The notes below the pieces were generated by a model, which had not been told where the DNA came from, did not search any database, and saw only the letters and a program-made list of their open reading frames with translations. A stretch of DNA of 64,000 nucleotides, taken from Auanema rhodensis (lineage: Eukaryota; Animalia; Nematoda). Within the stretch, counting starts at the first letter, position 1. Each line of letters begins with the position of its first letter. Position numbers and translations under genes: made by a program. The DNA is taken from NCBI GenBank assembly GCA_964057225.1, contig OZ059897.1, positions 17,422,001-17,486,000 on the forward strand, written 5' to 3'. Below are positions 1 to 14,166 of the stretch, piece by piece.

Positions 1-3000
1 AATAAAAATTTGTTTTTAGACTAATATAGACATGGGGAATCTAATTTTGAAAATCGCATCTCTTTATCTTTCACGGGAAGCGAGTTTCATACAAGTGCAC
101 ATCACGTGTACATTTAATTAGCATAAATTGAAGTTCACGTGAATTTCAAAGTCATGGTTACCATGCACCAATATGAATAAGAATTTGTTTTTAGACTAAT
201 GTGGACATGGGGAATCTAATTTTGAAAACCGCATCTCTTTATCTTTCACGGGAAGCGAGATACATACCGAGTGCACATCGCGTGTACATTTAATTAGCAT
301 AAATTGAAGTTCACGTAAATATCAAAGTCATGGTTACCATGCACTAATATCAATGAAAATTTGGTTTTAGACTAATATGGATATGGGGAATCTAATTTTG
401 AAAACCGCATCTTTTTATCTTTCACGGGAAGCGAGTTTCATACCAAGTGCACATCACGTGTACATTTAATTAGCATAAATTGAAGTTCACGTAAATATCA
501 AAGTCATGGTTACTATGCACCAATATCAATAAAAATTTGTTTTTAGACTAATATAGACATGGGGAATCGAATTTTGAAAATCGCATCTCTTTATCTTTCA
601 CGGGAAGCGAGTTTCATACCAAGTGCACATCACGTGTACATTTAATTAGCATAAATTAAAGTTCACGTAAATTTCGAAGTCATGGTTACCATGCACTAAT
701 ATCAATGAAAATTCGGTTTTAGACTAATATGGATATGGGGAATCTAATTTTGAAAACCGCATCTTTTCATCTTTCACGGGAAGCGAGATACATACCGAGT
801 GCACATCGCGTGTACATTTAATTAGCATAAATTAAAGTTCACGTAAATTTCAAAGTCATGTTTACCATGCATCAATATCAATAAAATATTGTTTTTAGAC
901 TAATATGGACTTGGGGAATCTAATTTTGAAAACCGCATCTCTTTATCTTTCACGGGAAGCGAGTTTCATACAAGTGCACATCACGTGTACATTTAATTAG
1001 CATAAATTAAAGTTCACGTAAATTTCGAAGTCATGGTTACCATGCACTAATATCAATGAAAATTTGGTTTTAGACTAATATGGATATGGGGAATCTAATT
1101 TTGAAAACCGCATCTTTTCATCTTTCACGGGAAGCGAGTTACATACCGAGTGCACATCGCGTGTACATTTAATTAGCATAAATTAAAGTTCACGTAAATT
1201 TCAAAGTCATGGTTACCATGCATCAATATCAATAAAATATTGTTTTTAGACTAATATGGACTTGGGGAATCTAATTTTGAAAACCGCATCTCTTTATCTT
1301 TCACGGGAAGCGAGTTTCATACCAAGTGCACATCACGTGTACATTTAATTAGCATAAATTAAAGTTCACGTAAATTTCAAAATCATGGTTACCATGCACC
1401 AATATCAATAAAAATTTGTTTTCAGACTAATATGGTCATGGGGAATCTAATTTTGAAAACCGCATCTCTTCATCTTTCACGGGAAGCGAGTTACATACCA
1501 AGTACACATCACGTGTACATTTAATTAGCATAAATTAAAGTTCACGTAAATTTCAAAGTCATGGTTACCATGCACCAATATCAATAAAAAATTGTTTTTA
1601 GACTAAGATGGACATGGGGAATCTAATTTTGAAAACCGCATCTCTTTATCTTTCACGGGAAGCGAGTTACATACCAAGGGCACATCACGTGTACATTTAA
1701 TCAGCATAAATTGAAGTTCACGTAAATTTCAAAGTCATGGTTACCATGCACCAATATCAATAAAAATTTGTTTTTAGACTAATATAGACATGGGGAATCT
1801 AATTTTGAAAATCGCATCTCTTTATCTTTCACGGGAAGCGAGTTTCATACAAGTGCACATCACGTGTACATTTAATTAGCATAAATTGAAGTTCACGTGA
1901 ATTTCAAAGTCATGGTTACCATGCACTAATATGAATAAGAATTTGTTTTTAGACTAATGTGGACATGGGGAATCTAATTTTGAAAACCGCATCTCTTTAT
2001 CTTTCACGGGAAGCGAGATACATACCGAGTGCACATCGCGTGTACATTTAATTAGCATAAATTAAAGTTCACGTAAATTTCAAAGTCATGGTTACCATGC
2101 ATCAATATCAATAAAATATTGTTTTTAGACTAATATGGACTTGGGGAATCTAATTTTGAAAACCGCATCTCTTTATCTTTCACGGGAAGCGAGATACATA
2201 CCGAGTGCACATCGCGTGTACATTTAATTAGCATAAATTAAAGTTCACGTAAATTTCAAAGTCATGGTTGCCATGCACCAATATCAATAAAAATTTGTTT
2301 TCAGACTAATATGGACATGGGGAATCTAATTTTGAAAACCGCATCTTTTTATCTTTCACGGGAAGCGAGTTTCATACCAAGTGCACATCACGTGTACATT
2401 TAATTAGCATAAATTGAAGTTCACGTAAATATCAAAGTCATGGTTACCATGCACTAATATCAATGAAAATTTGTTTTTAGACTAATATGGTTATGGGGAA
2501 TCTAATTTTGAAAACCGCATCTTTTCATCTTTCACGGGAAGCGAGATACATACCGAGTGCACATCGCGTGTACATTTAATTAGCATAAATTAAAGTTCAC
2601 GTAAATTTCGAAGTCATGGTTACCATGCACTAATATCAATAAAAAATTGTTTTTAGACTAATATGGACTTGGGGAATCTAATTTTGAAAACCGCATCTTT
2701 TCATCTTTCACGGGAAGCGAGATACATACCGAGTGCACATCGCGTGTACATTTAATTAGCATAAATTAAAGTTCACGTAAATTTCAAAGTCATGTTTACC
2801 ATGCATCAATATCAATAAAATATTGTTTTTAGACTAATATGGACTTGGGGAATCTAATATTGAAAACCGCATCTCTTTATCTTTCACGGGAAGCGAGTTT
2901 CATACAAGTGCACATCACGTGTACATTTAATTAGCATAAATTAAAGTTCACGTAAATTTCGAAGTCATGGTTACCATGCACTAATATCAATGAAAATTTG

Positions 3001-6000
3001 GTTTTAGACTAATATGGATATGGGGAATCTAATTTTGAAAACCGCATCTTTTCATCTTTCACGGGAAGCGAGTTACATACCGAGTGCACATCGCGTGTAC
3101 ATTTAATTAGCATAAATTAAAGTTCACGTAAATTTCAAAGTCATGGTTACCATGCATCAATATCAATAAAATATTGTTTTTAGACTAATATGGACTTGGG
3201 GAATCTAATTTTGAAAACCGCATCTCTTTATCTTTCACGGGAAGCGAGTTTCATACCAAGTGCACATCACGTGTACATTTAATTAGCATAAATTAAAGTT
3301 CACGTAAATTTCAAAATCATGGTTACCATGCACCAATATCAATAAAAATTTGTTTTCAGACTAATATGGTCATGGGGAATCTAATTTTGAAAACCGCATC
3401 TCTTCATCTTTCACGGGAAGCGAGTTACATACCAAGTACACATCACGTGTACATTTAATTAGCATAAATTAAAGTTCACGTAAATTTCAAAGTCATGGTT
3501 ACCATGCACCAATATCAATAAAAAATTGTTTTTAGACTAAGATGGACATGGGGAATCTAATTTTGAAAACCGCATCTCTTTATCTTTCACGGGAAGCGAG
3601 TTACATACCAAGGGCACATCACGTGTACATTTAATCAGCATAAATTGAAGTTCACGTAAATTTCAAAGTCATGGTTACCATGCACCAATATCAATAAAAA
3701 TTTGTTTTTAGACTAATATAGACATGGGGAATCTAATTTTGAAAATCGCATCTCTTTATCTTTCACGGGAAGCGAGTTTCATACAAGTGCACATCACGTG
3801 TACATTTAATTAGCATAAATTGAAGTTCACGTGAATTTCAAAGTCATGGTTACCATGCACCAATATGAATAAGAATTTGTTTTTAGACTAATGTGGACAT
3901 GGGGAATCTAATTTTGAAAACCGCATCTCTTTATCTTTCACGGGAAGCGAGATACATACCGAGTGCACATCGCGTGTACATTTAATTAGCATAAATTGAA
4001 GTTCACGTAAATATCAAAGTCATGGTTACCATGCACTAATATCAATGAAAATTTGGTTTTAGACTAATATGGATATGGGGAATCTAATTTTGAAAACCGC
4101 ATCTTTTTATCTTTCACGGGAAGCGAGTTTCATACCAAGTGCACATCACGTGTACATTTAATTAGCATAAATTGAAGTTCACGTAAATATCAAAGTCATG
4201 GTTACCATGCACTAATAACAATGAAAATTTGGTTTTAGACTAATATGGATATGGGGAATCTAATTTTGAAAACCGCATCTTTTCATCTTTCACGGGAAGC
4301 GAGATACATACCGAGTGCACATCGCGTGTACATTTAATTAGCATAAATTAAAGTTCACGTAAATTTCAAAGTCATGGTTACCATGCATCAATATCAATAA
4401 AATATTGTTTTTAGACTAATATGGACTTGGGGAATCTAATTTTGAAAACCGCATCTCTTTATCTTTCACGGGAAGCGAGTTTCATACCAAGTGCACATCA
4501 CGTGTACATTTAATTAGCATAAATTAAAGTTCACGTAAATTTCAAAATCATGGTTACCATGCACCAATATCAATAAAAATTTGTTTTCAGACTAATATGG
4601 TCATGGGGAATCTAATTTTGAAAACCGCATCTCTTTATCTTTCACGGGAAGCGAGTTTCATACCAAGTGCACATCACGTGTACATTTAATTAGCATAAAT
4701 TAAAGTTCACGTAAATTTCAAAATCATGGTTACCATGCACCAATATCAATAAAAATTTGTTTTCAGACTAATATGGTCATGGGGAATCTAATTTTGAAAA
4801 CCGCATCTCTTCATCTTTCACGGGAAGCGAGTTACATACCAAGTACACATCACGTGTACATTTAATTAGCATAAATTAAAGTTCACGTAAATTTCAAAGT
4901 CATGGTTACCATGCACCAATATCAATAAAAAATTGTTTTTAGACTAAGATGGACATGGGGAATCTAATTTTGAAAACCGCATCTCTTTATCTTTCACGGG
5001 AAGCGAGTTACATACCAAGGGCACATCACGTGTACATTTAATCAGCATAAATTGAAGTTCACGTAAATTTCAAAGTCATGGTTACCATGCACCAATATCA
5101 ATAAAAATTTGTTTTTAGACTAATATAGACATGGGGAATCTAATTTTGAAAATCGCATCTCTTTATCTTTCACGGGAAGCGAGTTTCATACAAGTGCACA
5201 TCACGTGTACATTTAATTAGCATAAATTGAAGTTCACGTGAATTTCAAAGTCATGGTTACCATGCACTAATATGAATAAGAATTTGTTTTTAGACTAATG
5301 TGGACATGGGGAATCTAATTTTGAAAACCGCATCTCTTTATCTTTCACGGGAAGCGAGATACATACCGAGTGCACATCGCGTGTACATTTAATTAGCATA
5401 AATTAAAGTTCACGTAAATTTCAAAGTCATGGTTACCATGCATCAATATCAATAAAATATTGTTTTTAGACTAATATGGACTTGGGGAATCTAATTTTGA
5501 AAACCGCATCTCTTTATCTTTCACGGGAAGCGAGATACATACCGAGTGCACATCGCGTGTACATTTAATTAGCATAAATTAAAGTTCACGTAAATTTCAA
5601 AGTCATGGTTGCCATGCACCAATATCAATAAAAATTTGTTTTCAGACTAATATGGACATGGGGAATCTAATTTTGAAAACCGCATCTTTTTATCTTTCAC
5701 GGGAAGCGAGTTTCATACCAAGTGCACATCACGTGTACATTTAATTAGCATAAATTGAAGTTCACGTAAATATCAAAGTCATGGTTACCATGCACTAATA
5801 TCAATGAAAATTTGTTTTTAGACTAATATGGTTATGGGGAATCTAATTTTGAAAACCGCATCTTTTCATCTTTCACGGGAAGCGAGATACATACCGAGTG
5901 CACATCGCGTGTACATTTAATTAGCATAAATTAAAGTTCACGTAAATTTCGAAGTCATGGTTACCATGCACTAATATCAATAAAAAATTGTTTTTAGACT

Positions 6001-8510
6001 AATATGGACTTGGGGAATCTAATTTTGAAAACCGCATCTTTTCATCTTTCACGGGAAGCGAGATACATACCGAGTGCACATCGCGTGTACATTTAATTAG
6101 CATAAATTAAAGTTCACGTAAATTTCAAAGTCATGTTTACCATGCATCAATATCAATAAAATATTGTTTTTAGACTAATATGGACTTGGGGAATCTAATA
6201 TTGAAAACCGCATCTCTTTATCTTTCACGGGAAGCGAGTTTCATACAAGTGCACATCACGTGTACATTTAATTAGCATAAATTAAAGTTCACGTAAATTT
6301 CGAAGTCATGGTTACCATGCACTAATATCAATGAAAATTTGGTTTTAGACTAATATGGATATGGGGAATCTAATTTTGAAAACCGCATCTTTTCATCTTT
6401 CACGGGAAGCGAGTTACATACCGAGTGCACATCGCGTGTACATTTAATTAGCATAAATTAAAGTTCACGTAAATTTCAAAGTCATGGTTACCATGCATCA
6501 ATATCAATAAAATATTGTTTTTAGACTAATATGGACTTGGGGAATCTAATTTTGAAAACCGCATCTCTTTATCTTTCACGGGAAGCGAGTTTCATACCAA
6601 GTGCACATCACGTGTACATTTAATTAGCATAAATTAAAGTTCACGTAAATTTCAAAATCATGGTTACCATGCACCAATATCAATAAAAATTTGTTTTCAG
6701 ACTAATATGGTCATGGGGAATCTAATTTTGAAAACCGCATCTCTTCATCTTTCACGGGAAGCGAGTTACATACCAAGTACACATCACGTGTACATTTAAT
6801 TAGCATAAATTAAAGTTCACGTAAATTTCAAAGTCATGGTTACCATGCACCAATATCAATAAAAAATTGTTTTTAGACTAAGATGGACATGGGGAATCTA
6901 ATTTTGAAAACCGCATCTCTTTATCTTTCACGGGAAGCGAGTTACATACCAAGGGCACATCACGTGTACATTTAATCAGCATAAATTGAAGTTCACGTAA
7001 ATTTCAAAGTCATGGTTACCATGCACCAATATCAATAAAAATTTGTTTTTAGACTAATATAGACATGGGGAATCTAATTTTGAAAATCGCATCTCTTTAT
7101 CTTTCACGGGAAGCGAGTTTCATACAAGTGCACATCACGTGTACATTTAATTAGCATAAATTGAAGTTCACGTGAATTTCAAAGTCATGGTTACCATGCA
7201 CCAATATGAATAAGAATTTGTTTTTAGACTAATGTGGACATGGGGAATCTAATTTTGAAAACCGCATCTCTTTATCTTTCACGGGAAGCGAGATACATAC
7301 CGAGTGCACATCGCGTGTACATTTAATTAGCATAAATTGAAGTTCACGTAAATATCAAAGTCATGGTTACCATGCACTAATATCAATGAAAATTTGGTTT
7401 TAGACTAATATGGATATGGGGAATCTAATTTTGAAAACCGCATCTTTTTATCTTTCACGGGAAGCGAGTTTCATACCAAGTGCACATCACGTGTACATTT
7501 AATTAGCATAAATTGAAGTTCACGTAAATATCAAAGTCATGGTTACCATGCACTAATAACAATGAAAATTTGGTTTTAGACTAATATGGATATGGGGAAT
7601 CTAATTTTGAAAACCGCATCTTTTCATCTTTCACGGGAAGCGAGATACATACCGAGTGCACATCGCGTGTACATTTAATTAGCATAAATTAAAGTTCACG
7701 TAAATTTCAAAGTCATGGTTACCATGCATCAATATCAATAAAATATTGTTTTTAGACTAATATGGACTTGGGGAATCTAATTTTGAAAACCGCATCTCTT
7801 TATCTTTCACGGGAAGCGAGTTTCATACCAAGTGCACATCGCGTGTACATTTAATTAGCATAAATTAAAGTTCACGTAAATTTAAAATCATGGTTACCAT
7901 GCACCAATATCAATAAAAATCTGTTTTTAGACTAATATGGACTTGGGGAATCTAATTTTGAAAACCGCATCTCTTTATCTTTCACGGGAAGCGAGTTTCA
8001 TACCAAGTGCACATCACGTGTACATTTAATTAGCATAAATTAAAGTTCACGTAAATTTCAAAGTCATGGTTACCATGCACCAATATCAATAAAAATCTGT
8101 TTTTAGACTAATATGGACTTGGGGAATCTAATTTTGAAAACCGCATCTCTTTATCTTTCACGGGAAGCGAGTTTCATACCAAGTGCACATCACGTGTACA
8201 TTTAATTAGCATAAATTAAAGTTCACGTAAATTTCAAAGTCATGGTTACCATGCACTAATATCAATGAAAAATTGTTTTTAGACTAAGATGGACATGAGG
8301 AATCTAATTTTGAAAACCGCATCTCTTTATCTTTCACGGGAAGCGAGTTACATACCAAGGGCACATCACGTGTACATTTAATTAGCATAAATTAAAGTTC
8401 ACGTAAATTTCAAAGTCATGGTTACCATGCATCAATATCAATAAAATATTGTTTTTAGACTAATATGGACTTGGGGAATCTAATTTTGAAAACCGCATCT
8501 CTTTATCTTT
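1..8510 (+). repeat. Satellite A tandem array, 176-bp monomer (175-bp variant), ~48 copies, continues beyond left edge
   Basis: Motif tgtttttagactaat...ggggaatctaattttgaaaaccgcatc...tttcacgggaagcgag...catggttaccatg recurs every 175-176 bp, with a limited set of recurrent SNP variants. Confidence 0.98.
1265..7840 (+). repeat. 19-monomer (3341 bp) higher-order duplication within Satellite A
   Basis: Rare variants recur exactly 3341 bp apart: cacgtGaatttc 1899/5240 and 3833/7174; aatctaatAt 2851/6192; cactaataAc 4210/7551. Confidence 0.88.
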
Positions 8511-9056
8511 GTTTTTAGATTCGTTTTTTCAAGGCAAAGACGATGGACAATGTTATTCAACGAAAAAATTAATTCTTCAGGGTGAAAATCGAGGATATAA
8601 GTGTGAACTTATATCAGTTGATATCTCGGTGCATTTTCAAGCTAGCGCAAATCTGATAACACAGATCGACGCAGCTTAGAAATCCGCATCGAATGCACTA
8701 TACTACATTGAGAAACGCTTAATACAAAAATTAGTTATGATCGTTTGAAAAATGATGCATTAGTGTATGTTGAGTTTCCATGTACACTCAACATTGCTTC
8801 CAAAAACATTTTGACAAAAATTTTTTCGAAAAATTTCAAGATAATTTAGCAAAAAGTAGATGTTTTTAGATTCCTTTTTTCAAGGCAAAGACGATGGACA
8901 ATGTTATTCAACGAAAAAATTAATTCTTCAGGGTGAAAATCGAGGATATAAGTGTGAACTTATATCAGTTGATATCTCGGTGCATTTTTAAGCTAGCGCA
9001 AATCTGATAACACAGATCGACGTAGCTTAAAAATCCGCATCGAATGCACTATACTA
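8511..9056 (+). repeat. Island of Satellite B (~1.55 monomers) between opposed Satellite A arrays
   Basis: Sequence switches at ctttatcttt|gtttttagattcg to the 351-bp family and runs to ...gaatgcactatacta. Confidence 0.95.
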
Positions 9057-9124
9057 TACACTAATGCATCATTTTTCAAACGATCATAACTAATTTTTGT
9101 ATTAAGCGTTTCTCAATGTAGTAT
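9056..9124 (-). repeat. 69-bp inverted fragment of Satellite B
   Basis: atacactaatgcatc...tctcaatgtagtat is the reverse complement of SatB atactacattgaga...gatgcattagtgtat. Confidence 0.95.
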
Positions 9125-12100
9125 GGTAACCATGATTTTAAATTTACGTGAACTTTAATTTATGCTAATTAAATGTACACGTGATGTGTACTTGGTATGT
9201 ATCTCGCTTCCCGTGAAAGATAAAGAGATGCGGTTTTCAAAATTAGATTCCTCATGTCCATCTTAGTCTAAAAACAATTTTTCATTGATATTAGTGCATG
9301 GTAACCATGACTTTGAAATTTACGTGAACTTTAATTTATGCTAATTAAATGTACACGCGATGTGCACTTGGTATGAAACTCGCTTCCCGTGAAAGATAAA
9401 GAGATGCGGTTTTCAAAATTAGATTCCCCAAGTCCATATTAGTCTAAAAACAATATTTTATTGATATTGATGCATGGTAACCATGACTTTGAAATTTACG
9501 TGAACTTTAATTTATGCTAATTAAATGTACACGTGATGTGCCCTTGGTATGTAACTCGCTTCCCGTGAAAGATAAAGAGATGCGGTTTTCAAAATTAGAT
9601 TCCTCATGTCCATCTTAGTCTAAAAACAATTTTTCATTGATATTAGTGCATGGTAAACATGACTTTGAAATTTACGTGAACTTTAATTTATGCTAATTAA
9701 ATGTACACGCGATGTGCACTCGGTATGTATCTCGCTTCCCGTGAAAGATGAAAAGATGCGGTTTTCAAAATTAGATTCCCCAAGTCCATATTAGTCTAAA
9801 AACAATATTTTATTGATATTGATGCATGGTAACCATGACTTTGAAATTTACGTGAACTTTAATTTATGCTAATTAAATGTACACGCGATGTGCACTCGGT
9901 ATGTATCTCGCTTCCCGTGAAAGATGAAAAGATGCGGTTTTCAAAATTAGATTCCCCATATCCATATTAGTCTAAAACCAAATTTTCATTGATATTAGTG
10001 CATGGTAACCATGACTTTGATATTTACGTGAACTTCAATTTATGCTAATTAAATGTACACGTGATGTGCACTTGGTATGAAACTCGCTTCTCGTGAAAGA
10101 TAAAAAGATGCGGTTTTCAAAATTAGATTCCCCATATCCATATTAGTCTAAAACCAAATTTTCATTGATATTAGTGCATGGTAACCATGACTTTGATATT
10201 TACGTGAACTTCAATTTATGCTAATTAAATGTACACGCGATGTGCACTCGGTATGTATCTCGCTTCCCGTGAAAGATAAAGAGATGCGGTTTTCAAAATT
10301 AGATTCCCCATGTCCACATTAAGCTAAAAACAAATTCTTATTCATATTGGTGCATGGTAACCATGACTTTGAAATTCACGTGAACTTCAATTTATGCTAA
10401 TTAAATGTACACGTGATGTGCACTTGTATGAAACTCGCTTCCCGTGAAAGATAAAGAGATGCGATTTTCAAAATTAGATTCCCCATGTCTATATTAGTCT
10501 AAAAACAAATTTTTATTGATATTGGTGCATGGTAACCATGACTTTGAAATTTACGTGAACTTCAATTTATGCTGATTAAATGTACACGTGATGTGCCCTT
10601 GGTATGTAACTCGCTTCCCGTGAAAGATAAAGAGATGCGGTTTTCAAAATTAGATTCCCCATGTCCATCTTAGTCTAAAAACAATTTTTTATTGATATTG
10701 GTGCATGGTAACCATGACTTTGAAATTTACGTGAACTTTAATTTATGCTAATTAAATGTACACGTGATGTGTACTTGGTATGTAACTCGCTTCCCGTGAA
10801 AGATAAAGAGATGCGGTTTTCAAAATTAGATTCCTCATGTCCATCTTAGTCTAAAAACAATTTTTCATTGATATTAGTGCATGGTAAACATGACTTTGAA
10901 ATTTACGTGAACTTTAATTTATGCTAATTAAATGTACACGTGATGTGCACTTGGTATGAAACTCGCTTCCCGTGAAAGATAAAGAGATGCGGTTTTCAAA
11001 ATTAGATTCCCCAAGTCCATATTAGTCTAAAAACAATATTTTATTGATATTGATGCATGGTAACCATGACTTTGAAATTTACGTGAACTTTAATTTATGC
11101 TAATTAAATGTACACGCGATGTGCACTCGGTATGTAACTCGCTTCCCGTGAAAGATGAAAAGATGCGGTTTTCAAAATTAGATTCCCCATATCCATATTA
11201 GTCTAAAACCAAATTTTCATTGATATTAGTGCATGGTAACCATGACTTCGAAATTTACGTGAACTTTAATTTATGCTAATTAAATGTACACGTGATGTGC
11301 ACTTGTATGAAACTCGCTTCCCGTGAAAGATAAAGAGATGCGGTTTTCAATATTAGATTCCCCAAGTCCATATTAGTCTAAAAACAATATTTTATTGATA
11401 TTGATGCATGGTAAACATGACTTTGAAATTTACGTGAACTTTAATTTATGCTAATTAAATGTACACGCGATGTGCACTCGGTATGTATCTCGCTTCCCGT
11501 GAAAGATGAAAAGATGCGGTTTTCAAAATTAGATTCCCCAAGTCCATATTAGTCTAAAAACAATATTTTATTGATATTAGTGCATGGTAACCATGACTTC
11601 GAAATTTACGTGAACTTTAATTTATGCTAATTAAATGTACACGCGATGTGCACTTGGTATGAAACTCGCTTCCCGTGAAAGATAAAAAGATGCGGTTTTC
11701 AAAATTAGATTCCCCATGTCCATATTAGTCTGAAAACAAATTTTTATTGATATTGGTGCATGGCAACCATGACTTTGAAATTTACGTGAACTTTAATTTA
11801 TGCTAATTAAATGTACACGCGATGTGCACTCGGTATGTATCTCGCTTCCCGTGAAAGATAAAGAGATGCGGTTTTCAAAATTAGATTCCCCAAGTCCATA
11901 TTAGTCTAAAAACAATATTTTATTGATATTGATGCATGGTAACCATGACTTTGAAATTTACGTGAACTTTAATTTATGCTAATTAAATGTACACGCGATG
12001 TGCACTCGGTATGTATCTCGCTTCCCGTGAAAGATGAAAAGATGCGGTTTTCAAAATTAGATTCCCCATATCCATATTAGTCTAAAACCAAATTTTCATT

Positions 12101-14166
12101 GATATTAGTGCATGGTAACCATGACTTTGAAATTTACGTGAACTTTAATTTATGCTAATTAAATGTACACGTGATGTGTACTTGGTATGTAACTCGCTTC
12201 CCGTGAAAGATGAAGAGATGCGGTTTTCAAAATTAGATTCCCCATGTCCATATTAGTCTGAAAACAAATTTTTATTGATATTGGTGCATGGCAACCATGA
12301 CTTTGAAATTTACGTGAACTTTAATTTATGCTAATTAAATGTACACGCGATGTGCACTCGGTATGTATCTCGCTTCCCGTGAAAGATAAAGAGATGCGGT
12401 TTTCAAAATTAGATTCCCCAAGTCCATATTAGTCTAAAAACAATATTTTATTGATATTGATGCATGGTAACCATGACTTTGAAATTTACGTGAACTTTAA
12501 TTTATGCTAATTAAATGTACACGCGATGTGCACTCGGTATGTATCTCGCTTCCCGTGAAAGATGAAAAGATGCGGTTTTCAAAATTAGATTCCCCATATC
12601 CATATTAGTCTAAAACCAAATTTTCATTGATATTAGTGCATGGTAACCATGACTTTGAAATTTACGTGAACTTTAATTTATGCTAATTAAATGTACACGT
12701 GATGTGTACTTGGTATGTAACTCGCTTCCCGTGAAAGATGAAGAGATGCGGTTTTCAAAATTAGATTCCCCATGACCATATTAGTCTGAAAACAAATTTT
12801 TATTGATATTGGTGCATGGTAACCATGATTTTGAAATTTACGTGAACTTTAATTTATGCTAATTAAATGTACACGTGATGTGCACTTGGTATGAAACTCG
12901 CTTCCCGTGAAAGATAAAGAGATGCGGTTTTCAAAATTAGATTCCCCAAGTCCATATTAGTCTAAAAACAATATTTTATTGATATTGATGCATGGTAACC
13001 ATGACTTTGAAATTTACGTGAACTTTAATTTATGCTAATTAAATGTACACGCGATGTGCACTCGGTATGTAACTCGCTTCCCGTGAAAGATGAAAAGATG
13101 CGGTTTTCAAAATTAGATTCCCCATATCCATATTAGTCTAAAACCAAATTTTCATTGATATTAGTGCATGGTAACCATGACTTCGAAATTTACGTGAACT
13201 TTAATTTATGCTAATTAAATGTACACGTGATGTGCACTTGTATGAAACTCGCTTCCCGTGAAAGATAAAGAGATGCGGTTTTCAATATTAGATTCCCCAA
13301 GTCCATATTAGTCTAAAAACAATATTTTATTGATATTGATGCATGGTAAACATGACTTTGAAATTTACGTGAACTTTAATTTATGCTAATTAAATGTACA
13401 CGCGATGTGCACTCGGTATGTATCTCGCTTTCCGTGAAAGATGAAAAGATGCGGTTTTCAAAATTAGATTCCCCAAGTCCATATTAGTCTAAAAACAATA
13501 TTTTATTGATATTAGTGCATGGTAACCATGACTTCGAAATTTACGTGAACTTTAATTTATGCTAATTAAATGTACACGCGATGTGCACTTGGTATGAAAC
13601 TCGCTTCCCGTGAAAGATAAAAAGATGCGGTTTTCAAAATTAGATTCCCCATGTCCATATTAGTCTGAAAACAAATTTTTATTGATATTGGTGCATGGCA
13701 ACCATGACTTTGAAATTTACGTGAACTTTAATTTATGCTAATTAAATGTACACGCGATGTGCACTCGGTATGTATCTCGCTTCCCGTGAAAGATAAAGAG
13801 ATGCGGTTTTCAAAATTAGATTCCCCAAGTCCATATTAGTCTAAAAACAATATTTTATTGATATTGATGCATGGTAACCATGACTTTGAAATTTACGTGA
13901 ACTTTAATTTATGCTAATTAAATGTACACGCGATGTGCACTCGGTATGTATCTCGCTTCCCGTGAAAGATGAAAAGATGCGGTTTTCAAAATTAGATTCC
14001 CCATGTCCACATTAGTCTAAAAACAAATTCTTATTCATATTGGTGCATGGTAACCATGACTTTGAAATTCACGTGAACTTCAATTTATGCTAATTAAATG
14101 TACACGTGATGTGCACTTGTATGAAACTCGCTTCCCGTGAAAGATAAAGAGATGCGATTTTCAAAA
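9123..14166 (-). repeat. Satellite A array in inverted orientation, ~28-29 monomers
   Basis: Reverse-complement monomers (ctcgcttcccgtgaaa, gatgcggttttcaaaattagattcccc) with 176-bp period; an 11-mer recurrence is marked by ttcaaTattag at 11351/13286. Confidence 0.98.
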
